Below, piece by piece: positions 46,273-54,824 of a stretch of 64,000 nucleotides of DNA (positions are counted from its first letter, which is position 1; every line of letters starts with the position of its first letter). The stretch comes from Fidelibacterota bacterium. Its GTDB lineage: Bacteria > Fidelibacterota > Marinisomatia > SCGC-AAA003-L08 > GCA-002704045. The position numbers and the translations under genes are program-made. The stretch is taken from contig NZTO01000049.1 in NCBI GenBank assembly GCA_002703375.1, positions 38,901 to 102,900 on the forward strand, written 5' to 3'. The notes under the pieces are model-generated. The model did no database searches, had not been told where the DNA came from, and saw nothing but the letters and a program-made list of their open reading frames with translations.

Positions 46273-46686
46273 TTAAATCTTTTCAATTATAATCCCCGCC
46301 ATTTCCATGATTTCCGGTATCAATTCATCGTTCTTATAATCTTCTATGTAGTAAATATTTTTTATTCCGGAAGCACACAATATCTTTGTGCAGTTAATGC
46401 AAGGATAATGCGTTATGTAAGCCTCTGCTTTGTCGCAACTAACACCGCGTTTGGCACAGTCTGTTATCGCATTTTGCTCGGCATGAATCGTGGCTTGTTC
46501 ATGATTGTTTCTAACAAAAGATTTATGGGGACATCCGGGAAGAAATCCATTATATCCCTGAGATATAATGCGGTTATCTTTTACAATAACACAACCCACT
46601 TTTAATCTCTCACACGGCGAACGTTTTGAAGTTACTAATACTATTTCCTTAAAATAATCTCTCCAACTTGGTCGTTTATTTTCCAT
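46273..46686 (-). CDS. dCMP (deoxycytidylate) deaminase
   Basis: N-terminal WRDYF, zinc motifs HAEQNAI and PCINCTKIL, and a size typical of ComEB/dCMP deaminases. Confidence 0.85.
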   Translation of the reverse strand: MENKRPSWRDYFKEIVLVTSKRSPCERLKVGCVIVKDNRIISQGYNGFLPGCPHKSFVRNNHEQATIHAEQNAITDCAKRGVSCDKAEAYITHYPCINCTKILCASGIKNIYYIEDYKNDELIPEIMEMAGIIIEKI

Positions 46687-47207
46687 TGTACATTAATCCT
46701 ACGTATTTTTTTAATTATTTTCTTACACTTAATTGTAATCGTATTTCTACAACAGCCGTATTCTGTTGCTATCTTATTTACCGGTATTTTATAAATATAA
46801 CGCTTCAAAATCAAATTCTTTTCAAATTCGGTTAATCCGCTTAAAAGATAATCATAGTTTTCAAAATCTTCTGTTATAATTAAATTTTCTTCTTTTAGTG
46901 GCAATGGTTTATTATACAGGGTTCTTATGTAGTCTCCCATATATTTTTTTATCCATCTACTACTATAAGTAGAAAATGCAAATCCCTTTGTTTCGTTATA
47001 TTTACGGGCCGCGTACAAAAGACCGATAGAACCCTCCTGAATCAACTCCTTTTTTTCATCGAGATTTAACCTATTTTTTATCATGTACGACCTAGCAAAG
47101 TAAGGAACCAATCGATAATTGTTTCTCGCATAACTCCTTATCATTTCCGGGGAATTATAACTTGATACAGAATATAATATACTTGATAAAATAATAAAAC
47201 GGTACAT
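46641..47207 (-). CDS. sigma-70 family RNA polymerase sigma factor (regions 2 and 4 only)
   Basis: NYRLVPYFARSY...ELIQEGSIGLLYAARKYNETKGFAFSTYSSRWIKKYM aligns residue-by-residue with RpoD region 2 (NLRLVISIAKKY...[37 protein letters not shown]). The C-terminal LTEFEKNLILKRYIYKIPVNKIATEYGCCRNTITIKCKKIIKKIRR matches the region 4 HTH layout. The first about 15 aa are hydrophobic. Confidence 0.85.
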   Translation of the reverse strand: MYRFIILSSILYSVSSYNSPEMIRSYARNNYRLVPYFARSYMIKNRLNLDEKKELIQEGSIGLLYAARKYNETKGFAFSTYSSRWIKKYMGDYIRTLYNKPLPLKEENLIITEDFENYDYLLSGLTEFEKNLILKRYIYKIPVNKIATEYGCCRNTITIKCKKIIKKIRRINVQWKINDQVGEIILRK

Positions 47208-47245
47208 AGTATGTATATAAATTATTTAACATGTATTTAAATAAT

Positions 47246-47518
47246 TTATGAACTGTATGTAAAGAATTGCTTCGGTATAAATCGATCCTTAAGTTCTTTA
47301 TTACAATTTACACAAGAATCGGGAGGGGTTCTTAAACAAAAGTCATTGTTATATCCCTGGTTAACACATGATTTATAAGAACTAAAGGGCTCTTTTTTTC
47401 TTTTTTGAATTAAAAAAATAATATACATAAAATAAAACAGCACAAAAATAATATAAAATGTGAAACTATTAGATGCTTTTTCAATAGTGGGAGTTACATC
47501 TATTTCTTGACTTTCCAT
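47246..47518 (-). CDS. small single-TM protein (90 aa)
   Basis: Central TM helix and a Cys-containing C-terminus. Confidence 0.45.
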   Translation of the reverse strand: MESQEIDVTPTIEKASNSFTFYIIFVLFYFMYIIFLIQKRKKEPFSSYKSCVNQGYNNDFCLRTPPDSCVNCNKELKDRFIPKQFFTYSS

Positions 47519-47535
47519 ATATTATATTGTACATT

Positions 47536-48933
47536 TTATTTCCACGAAAAGAGACGATTTGTTTTTTTGCGTTTTTTCTTTCTACGCTTTTTTGTATTTG
47601 CATTATCGGGGTTAATTTCCTTTTTATCCTTTTTCACATCGGGAATATACTTTAAAAACCACTCTTCATATTCTCTTGTTCCCTTCTTATCCTTTAGTTT
47701 TTCAAACATATCCGATTTTTCCTGACGCATAGATTCTAAGGTGGGTTGTTCCCCATAGCAACTAATACTAAATCTTCTTAGTAATCCTTTTTGTTTTAAT
47801 CTATTTTTTTGTTGAACCTTAAATAAATATTGAGACATACAAAGTAATCTATCTGTGTCGTAGTATGGTCTATCCGCATAAATGAATGCCAAATAAAAAC
47901 TTAACATTGTATCTATAGTAGCAATTTTTAAAATCTGCCCTTGTATATTAATTATATTGTAACTGTGGCATCCTAATGGTTCATATACAAAAGCAACTGT
48001 ATCCTTACCAACTAAAATTTCGTAGTGAGGAGCAATAATCTCTCCAACTCCTTCATGTTTTACTATTTTAGTATTCATTATACCTCTATCATTTAATCTT
48101 TCTACTACAATAGTACATACTGTTAACGGTTCTAATGATAAAACATCAAAATCTGGGGAGTTTTGCAATTTTTTTCTTAGTTTTGATGGCATATATTTGG
48201 AATAAATGGTGTTTGCAAATCCCCCAAAAAATATAACCTCTTGATTAATAAATGTATCTTTTGTAATATTATATATGTCTACTTCTTTATTACTTTCTAA
48301 AGAAACGGTGGATTCCATGGAACGCTGAAAATTAACTTCATCGCATTTTTTATTTCTTATTGGATAATTTTTATTTAATAATAATAGACGTTTAAGAACC
48401 TTTTCCCATCTACTTACATCACCTTTTGGTCTTGATAATTCTAAATACATAGCCATTCTTAGAAAATTCGGGGGCGCATATAAAATACCATTCACGCTGA
48501 TAGAATCTTGTTTCACCTTTTTAAACAAATTTGGATCTAATGAAGTTATATCCGCAACGGGGATATAATTTACATATACTTTATAAGTTCCATGATGTAC
48601 ACCACTTTTTGCTTCCACGTCTGTAAAGCCTCTTTCATTATAAATGTTCGCGAGTTCTTTTGCATGATCTAAAGCCGTCGGGGAATAAAAATCATAATCG
48701 GGTATTTCAAGTGATTTATCATAGAATTGATCGGATTGTGGCAATATATTATTAATGGCTGTTCCGCCATAACAAACTAATTTCTTTTTTCTTAAAAATT
48801 CTTCAACCACGGCTATAATCTTTTTTACAATTGGTGCATTTGCTGACTTTCTATCACTTCTTTTTTCCGCTTTATCTACAGCACTTCTTAATATTTCTAA
48901 TTCTTTATCTTCATAATGTTTATCCTTATTCAT
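47536..48933 (-). CDS. nucleotidyltransferase, probable Mimiviridae-type poly(A) polymerase
   Basis: Pol-beta-like signature CYGGTAIN ... IPDYDFYS (hGG ... DxD). The size and basic tail match proteins annotated as poly(A) polymerase catalytic subunit in related viruses (recall only). Confidence 0.55.
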   Translation of the reverse strand: MNKDKHYEDKELEILRSAVDKAEKRSDRKSANAPIVKKIIAVVEEFLRKKKLVCYGGTAINNILPQSDQFYDKSLEIPDYDFYSPTALDHAKELANIYNERGFTDVEAKSGVHHGTYKVYVNYIPVADITSLDPNLFKKVKQDSISVNGILYAPPNFLRMAMYLELSRPKGDVSRWEKVLKRLLLLNKNYPIRNKKCDEVNFQRSMESTVSLESNKEVDIYNITKDTFINQEVIFFGGFANTIYSKYMPSKLRKKLQNSPDFDVLSLEPLTVCTIVVERLNDRGIMNTKIVKHEGVGEIIAPHYEILVGKDTVAFVYEPLGCHSYNIINIQGQILKIATIDTMLSFYLAFIYADRPYYDTDRLLCMSQYLFKVQQKNRLKQKGLLRRFSISCYGEQPTLESMRQEKSDMFEKLKDKKGTREYEEWFLKYIPDVKKDKKEINPDNANTKKRRKKKRKKTNRLFSWK

Positions 48934-48951
48934 TATATTATTATATTATTA

Positions 48952-49602
48952 TTAGAAATTAATTATACCATCTACAATAATTTTACTCCCCAAAAAAGAT
49001 GGCTCAATATTATTTATAAATTGATTTTTTTCAATTAAAAGATTACTTACTTTATATAACTTGAAATTATTCTCATTGCAAAACGAATAAAGTTTATTAT
49101 TCCATGTATTTATTAGTAAATAATATTTCTTATAGTCCTCACCACGTATAAAATATAAATCGGTCAATACTATTGTACAATTTGTTTTTTGATAAAGTCT
49201 TAAAACGACATCCTTATAAGATTCAAAGATTTTATCCAATACATCATAATTTTCTATTTCTACACCATTGTATTCATAAGAATTTAATAAATCATTTCCA
49301 CCAATAGATATAAATAAATAAGTATTTGAATTATTCAATTCTTTTGGCATTTTATCGTATTGTTCCATTAAATCTTCAATCATTGAATTATCTTTGGCTA
49401 AAACAATTGATTTCTTTACTTTTTTTTTAATGATGTATTCTACACTTTCTTCTCTTTTTACATATTTTTTATTTTGATACATGCTGTCACCTAACAAAAC
49501 AACCGCGTTATTGTTTTCAAGATTTTCTATTGAAGTCGAATTTTGAAATAGACAACAAAAAATGATAATGATTAATAAAAACGATATGGTATTCACATTC
49601 AT
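48952..49602 (-). CDS. SGNH/GDSL-like hydrolase with signal peptide
   Basis: N-terminal signal-like helix, block I VVLLGDSMY, block III ISIGGNDL. The expected block V DxxH reads NNIEPS, so the catalytic His may be replaced. Confidence 0.55.
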   Translation of the reverse strand: MNVNTISFLLIIIIFCCLFQNSTSIENLENNNAVVLLGDSMYQNKKYVKREESVEYIIKKKVKKSIVLAKDNSMIEDLMEQYDKMPKELNNSNTYLFISIGGNDLLNSYEYNGVEIENYDVLDKIFESYKDVVLRLYQKTNCTIVLTDLYFIRGEDYKKYYLLINTWNNKLYSFCNENNFKLYKVSNLLIEKNQFINNIEPSFLGSKIIVDGIINF

Positions 49603-49687
49603 AATTTATATAAAAACATATATTTTTAATAATAAAATTCAAAATAAAAAATTTGTATATTTTCTATTCTAAATTAAATTTAAGAAT

Positions 49688-50164
49688 ATGAACCACTGTG
49701 AAACTTGCACGATTTGTTTTGAAGAAACCAACTCCTTTCATGCTCTAAATTGTTGTGACGCGGAAAAAAAAATATGTTTGAATTGCATCAATTGTTTACG
49801 TTCTCCACAATGTCCTTATTGTAGAGAACAATTATGTGAAGAATTGTTTATAAATAATTCATACGTAAGGTCTGCTCCACAGCAAAGTGATTGGTCTTTA
49901 TTTGTAGAAGAAGAATTTCTAATTAATCCATATGATCCAGAATTTATAGATTCAAGAATTTTACGGAGACAAATGAGACGTGTTAGAAGACGGTTTCTAT
50001 CGGAACAAAATAGAATCATAAGAAATAGAAATACAAATCAAAATTCAAATCGTGCATCCGCAAGAACTAGAAGACAACAAAGAAAACAAGCTCGACAGCA
50101 ACTTAGAAACAGTTTAAGATTAAATAATAACACATTTGATATTCAATTTGAATTAGAATTATAA
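49688..50164 (+). CDS. RING-finger protein with Arg/Gln-rich tail
   Basis: CTICFEE...H.LNCC......CLNC......CPYC has RING-type Cys/His spacing. The C-terminal half is highly basic. Confidence 0.7.
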   Translation: MNHCETCTICFEETNSFHALNCCDAEKKICLNCINCLRSPQCPYCREQLCEELFINNSYVRSAPQQSDWSLFVEEEFLINPYDPEFIDSRILRRQMRRVRRRFLSEQNRIIRNRNTNQNSNRASARTRRQQRKQARQQLRNSLRLNNNTFDIQFELEL

Positions 50165-50206
50165 TATTTATTAAATATTTAAAGATAAAAAACTTATAAT
50201 AATAAA

Positions 50207-52501
50207 ATGGCTGAACAGGAAGTTATGACCGTATTACACGAAGACCCGCAGGTTCTCGTAAAAGACGAATTTATTACAAAAAAAGAATGTGAACATATTA
50301 TTGATATTTGTAAGGATAAACTAAAAGATGCTTTGGTAAGTAACAATCAAAAAGGATTTGTTTCTGCTGGAAGAAGTGGTAAAAATTGCTGGCTTCAGCA
50401 CGATCACGATAATATTACGAAAAAAATCGCCGAAAGAATCGCAAAAATTGTTAATATTCCATTGTCTCATGCAGAAATTTATCAAGTTATTTATTATGAT
50501 GAAACCCAGGAGTATCGTTCGCATTATGATGGTTGGTTGCATAATAACTCTGAAAAAAGTAATCGCTGTATGAAATACGGCGGACAACGTGTTGCTACTG
50601 CATTATGTTATCTCAATGATGTCGAAGAAGGAGGATGTACCGGATTCCCGCGATTAAAAATAGAGGTTCCGCCAAAACAGGGCAAATTACTTATTTTCGA
50701 AAATATAATCAAAAATTCTGGAAAAGAAACAGGTAGAAGTGAAAGGCATCCTTTATCAGAACACGCCGGAAGACCGGTTATCAAGGGGAAAAAGTGGGCT
50801 TTTAATTTGTGGTTTCGTGAAAATCCCAAGACGGTTTTGTATGTTCCTCCAGAACTGCCTTCTAATGATGTTTCAAGTACAAAGGATACTAAAAATATAC
50901 AAGATGTAAATACCAAGAACGAATCTGGAAAAACTGAAAAGATTATACATCAAGAAGTAGTAACTACTTGCTCTGGATTAAATAAAGAGACTCTCAATCA
51001 AGAACACAAGATTTATACTCACAATGGAATTATGAACGATGGTGATATAGAAAAAGTTAAAAAACTTGCCAAACTAGAAAAAACTGAAAAACGTAATAGT
51101 TCATGGATTAAATTAACAGAAATTCCGGAGATTCTTTTGAAGATTGTAAATAGTACTGGGTATAATTATTCTTTTTATGAAAACGCAAATGTTGTACAGT
51201 ATGCTTCTTCTAATACACACAATCGATTTTTAGATGCATATGATTTTAATAGTGAAAACGGAAAGCGAAATACACAAAAGGTGGGTCAGCGATTGTATTC
51301 CATCGTATGTTTTCTAGATGATAAAATGACCTACAAATTTAATAAATTAGATATTATATATCAACCACAAAAGGGTAGTATTCTAAGTTATTGTAATACA
51401 TTAAACAATAGCAATGAGCGTTCCCTTGATATGTATCATGAAATTTCAAATGAAAATGAAAATGGGGCAATGTTATTTAATATCTACGTAAGAGAAAAGA
51501 ATACAAATGGAGAGATTTTTCCAAATCACTTTGAGAATGAAAATATTAAACTAATGATTGATGATAAGGCAACTACCGGTGAAGATATTATTGTAAAAGA
51601 TGTCATCCCTACTCCACCTCCCGTACCTTCATCTGCTCCTCCACCTACCTGTAAAAATATGGAAGATAAAAAAGAGGTTTGTGAAGAGCCCAAGAAACTT
51701 GTGGAATCCAAAGAATCCGCGGAACCTACCGAGCCCAAGGAACGACCAGAATATATGAAGGAACTTCTTGAAGTTTATGATAAGTTTAAAGATGGAACTA
51801 TAACCATGCGAGGACACAAAAGCATTAAATTTATCAACAAAATACCCTTTTCGATAGTTACGGAAAATGCAAACAAACTATTCGCTACCAGAGATGAAAA
51901 ATATGGAGCACTGAATCCAAAGGTTTTCGATAAAGAATACTATATTGACGAATTTACACCTCTTGTTATTGATAATGTTTACAATGAAGCCGCGCATTCA
52001 ATTATTAAAAATTATTTCCATTCTAACATTGATGCGGGTAACTTTGCTCTTGGTGATCGTCAAGCACACAGATACAAATCGAATAACGAATCCTTTTCTC
52101 GTCTTGTTCAGTATGAACTGTTACCATTGATTGAACATGTTGTTAAAAAACCCATGAACCCTACCTATATTTATGTATCTTGTTATACAAAAGATGAGGA
52201 GAAACCTACTGAATTACCACCACATACGGATAGACCAGATTGTGAATATACTATATCCTATATTATTGATAAACCAGAAGGTTCTAATTGGCCTATTTAT
52301 GTTGATAAGACGAAACAACCTGTAAAAAATAAAGGAAGATATTGGTTTTACCCACCAAAAGAAGGTTGTGTTGCAGTAGACGCAAATGCAAATAGTTTAA
52401 TGATGTTCAATGGGACAGACCATATTCACTATAGAGAAAAAATGGAATGTGATTATTATTATATCGTTCTTTTACATTTTAGAAGCGACGGATATGAATA
52501 A
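50207..52501 (+). CDS. multi-domain 2OG-Fe(II) oxygenase (N-terminal prolyl 4-hydroxylase domain plus two further 2OG-like domains)
   Basis: Domain 1: YRSHYDGW (HxD), SEHAG (second His), KGKKWAFNLWFRE (P4H alpha-like). Domain 2: similar layout, but NRFLDAYDF stands where HxD is expected. Domain 3: PPHTDRPD (HxD) and GTDHIHYRE. The Pro-rich linker is PTPPPVPSSAPPPT. Confidence 0.75.
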   Translation: MAEQEVMTVLHEDPQVLVKDEFITKKECEHIIDICKDKLKDALVSNNQKGFVSAGRSGKNCWLQHDHDNITKKIAERIAKIVNIPLSHAEIYQVIYYDETQEYRSHYDGWLHNNSEKSNRCMKYGGQRVATALCYLNDVEEGGCTGFPRLKIEVPPKQGKLLIFENIIKNSGKETGRSERHPLSEHAGRPVIKGKKWAFNLWFRENPKTVLYVPPELPSNDVSSTKDTKNIQDVNTKNESGKTEKIIHQEVVTTCSGLNKETLNQEHKIYTHNGIMNDGDIEKVKKLAKLEKTEKRNSSWIKLTEIPEILLKIVNSTGYNYSFYENANVVQYASSNTHNRFLDAYDFNSENGKRNTQKVGQRLYSIVCFLDDKMTYKFNKLDIIYQPQKGSILSYCNTLNNSNERSLDMYHEISNENENGAMLFNIYVREKNTNGEIFPNHFENENIKLMIDDKATTGEDIIVKDVIPTPPPVPSSAPPPTCKNMEDKKEVCEEPKKLVESKESAEPTEPKERPEYMKELLEVYDKFKDGTITMRGHKSIKFINKIPFSIVTENANKLFATRDEKYGALNPKVFDKEYYIDEFTPLVIDNVYNEAAHSIIKNYFHSNIDAGNFALGDRQAHRYKSNNESFSRLVQYELLPLIEHVVKKPMNPTYIYVSCYTKDEEKPTELPPHTDRPDCEYTISYIIDKPEGSNWPIYVDKTKQPVKNKGRYWFYPPKEGCVAVDANANSLMMFNGTDHIHYREKMECDYYYIVLLHFRSDGYE

Positions 52502-52552
52502 TTTAGTAAATTCGTTAAATCATTTAAAAAAAATGTATTATTAATTATTATA

Positions 52553-53500
52553 ATGTCCAATTTTACAATGAGTGACGGTTTTCTTCTAAAAGTTTTCAGC
52601 AATAAAAATTCTCGACTTTTCGAGGAAGCTGGAAACCACGTATTAAAAGAATTTTCTGGAAGCAAGGATCAAGTTGGTATCATCTATAACGATTTCAACG
52701 CTGATGCTAAGATGGTAGATTCATGGCAAAAAGAAACAAAGGGTATGAATGTTTATCATGTCGCCCCACGTTCAAAGACCCTTCGCATGGATGCCAAGGT
52801 TCTTTTTGCGAAAAAAATGAAAGATTCGCACTATGTACCCAAGACCTATTTCAGTTATGATGAAATCCCCAGCGACACTCCCGAAAACGCCCTTTTCTTT
52901 GTTAAGAAAAATGGCTCCACTGGTTCACGCGGAGTCGATATTCATCCCTACAGTGCAATGAAAGACCTTGACTACACGGAACGCGTGGTCCAAGAAAACA
53001 TGCCGACCCCAGATTTATATGACGACAAGAGATATAAGATTCGTGCGTATGTTGTTCTTCATGACAAGAATGTTTTCCTTTTCAACAAGTCATTCGCCAC
53101 TGTTGCTAGTGAGGATTTCAAGGATGCGATTGGTGATATGGATCAAGATGTTCTCCGCAAGATGCATGTTATTTTTCAAACTAGCGGAACCAAGTTCATT
53201 CTATCGGAGGAACTTGACAAATTTGAACAAATTCAACAAAATATGCTTGTGGCCTGCAAGGATTTCAAGAATGTATACAAGGATGAAATTAAGCGCATTG
53301 AGCCCAATGAGTTCGTAATACTTGGTTTTGATTTCGTTGTTGATGCGGATGGTAATGTTCAAATCATTGAAATTAACCACCGTTCTAACTACGCTCACCC
53401 TAAGCTTATGGAGAACAAGGTAGACGTTCCTTTGTTAAAGAATCTTTACAAGCTCCTTATTCAAGGTTCCAGTCTAGACACCGATTTCCGCAAGGTTTAG
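52553..53500 (+). CDS. tubulin-tyrosine-ligase-like (TTL) ATP-grasp enzyme
   Basis: FFVKKNGSTGSRGVDIH, RYKIRAYVVLHDKNVFLF and FVILGFDFVVDADGNVQIIEINHRSN follow the TTL/ATP-grasp motif order. The gene is visibly less AT-rich than its neighbours. Confidence 0.65.
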   Translation: MSNFTMSDGFLLKVFSNKNSRLFEEAGNHVLKEFSGSKDQVGIIYNDFNADAKMVDSWQKETKGMNVYHVAPRSKTLRMDAKVLFAKKMKDSHYVPKTYFSYDEIPSDTPENALFFVKKNGSTGSRGVDIHPYSAMKDLDYTERVVQENMPTPDLYDDKRYKIRAYVVLHDKNVFLFNKSFATVASEDFKDAIGDMDQDVLRKMHVIFQTSGTKFILSEELDKFEQIQQNMLVACKDFKNVYKDEIKRIEPNEFVILGFDFVVDADGNVQIIEINHRSNYAHPKLMENKVDVPLLKNLYKLLIQGSSLDTDFRKV

Positions 53501-53539
53501 ACATTCGATTAATATATTTTATAACTATAATATATATTA

Positions 53540-53908
53540 ATGCCATCAAAAAGTAAAAGCAAAGCTAAAAGAACTGCAAGAGAACAAAGGCGAAAACAAG
53601 GAGCTACTAATAAAAAAACCAGAGAGGAACAAAGAACAAAAAGAACCCAAAATAATAAAATAAATGAGCAACAAATGGTCGATTTAGAAGAGATAAGACA
53701 AGAAAAAGAATCATATTTGAATACTCTCAATTCAAATACATGGAAAGATCATCGCACAGTTACTGATATGTATGAACATCTACAAAATCTCATTGATACA
53801 TATAATATAAAATATGCGAAACCAACTTCTAGAGGTTCAAAAAAAAAACGAAACCTTCGAAAAAAAAGAGGGACAAGAAAAAGGAAAAGGAGAAGAAACG
53901 AAGAATAG
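53540..53908 (+). CDS. highly basic Lys/Arg-rich protein (122 aa to the TAG)
   Basis: ATG ORF with Lys/Arg-rich ends. It terminates at TAG 53906..53908, but the frame stays open for 67 more codons (see findings). Confidence 0.55.
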   Translation: MPSKSKSKAKRTAREQRRKQGATNKKTREEQRTKRTQNNKINEQQMVDLEEIRQEKESYLNTLNSNTWKDHRTVTDMYEHLQNLIDTYNIKYAKPTSRGSKKKRNLRKKRGTRKRKRRRNEE

Positions 53909-54194
53909 GAAGAAGAGAAAGGGGGTGAGAATCCCTTTGCTAAGATATCACATTTTATCGAAAATCAAAGGTCAAGGCTAAAAGCCTGGCGCGAGAGACG
54001 AGCGGAAGCGCGTGCAAGAAAAGAGAAGGAGCTGGAGACAGAGAAAGAGCGGGATAAGTTTCTTGAGGAATACGAGAACAGCCTGAATTACACAGCGCCT
54101 CGTTGGGGTTAATTAAACTAAGAGTAGTAAGAAGAGAAAATACGATGTTAATATACTATTAAATACAATTAAAAATATATTTACTGATATATAC

Positions 54195-54785
54195 ATGGCA
54201 GAAATTTCATTATTAGATATATCTCAAGACAATAAACCTATAAAACTCAATCTATCTCGCATTATTTCTTCGGGAACAATCATTTTATATATCTGGTCTT
54301 TGCCTTACTTGGCAAAGATTGGTTTCGCGGAAAAGGGCTCAACTAGCATATCCGAGTTTGTTTCAAACGCACATGCTACCGGAGCCATGGCTGTTTTATC
54401 CTTTACACCACTAACACTAATGTGGGAATATCAAGACATTCGAGTCGTGACTGTTTGCACTGAGAAAGGCAAAAGGGTGTTGTATTATACATTGGTTGCG
54501 TATCAATGGTTTTACGGGGGATTTTTAGTTTGCACCGTAAATTATGTCCCCTTATGGCTCCATATGCTAATGGTCGTTTCGTTTTGTATTTCATTTGTCA
54601 TTCATTCGATTATGACCATGAATTATACAAAACCAAGTAAATGTGGACAATATCAACTTATTGTTGGTATTTTATCCTGTGTCTGTATGCCCTTTTCCAA
54701 AGGACTATGGTTTTGGGTGTGCGAATGTGTGGGATTGTCTATGATTATGTTATTTACACCAACAGAAATATTACTAAACTATTAA
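54195..54785 (+). CDS. multi-pass membrane protein (196 aa)
   Basis: Five to six hydrophobic helices. No other motif. Confidence 0.55.
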   Translation: MAEISLLDISQDNKPIKLNLSRIISSGTIILYIWSLPYLAKIGFAEKGSTSISEFVSNAHATGAMAVLSFTPLTLMWEYQDIRVVTVCTEKGKRVLYYTLVAYQWFYGGFLVCTVNYVPLWLHMLMVVSFCISFVIHSIMTMNYTKPSKCGQYQLIVGILSCVCMPFSKGLWFWVCECVGLSMIMLFTPTEILLNY

Positions 54786-54824
54786 TTCGTATTATAATTT
54801 TTAGAATATTCATTACCTAGTTAT

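Noticed and set aside
52968-53318. 116-aa alternate-frame ORF inside the TTL-like gene, plus a minus-strand ORF at 53201..53398.
   Set aside because: They are nested in a gene with clear ATP-grasp motifs. The reduced AT content of that gene lets other frames stay open.
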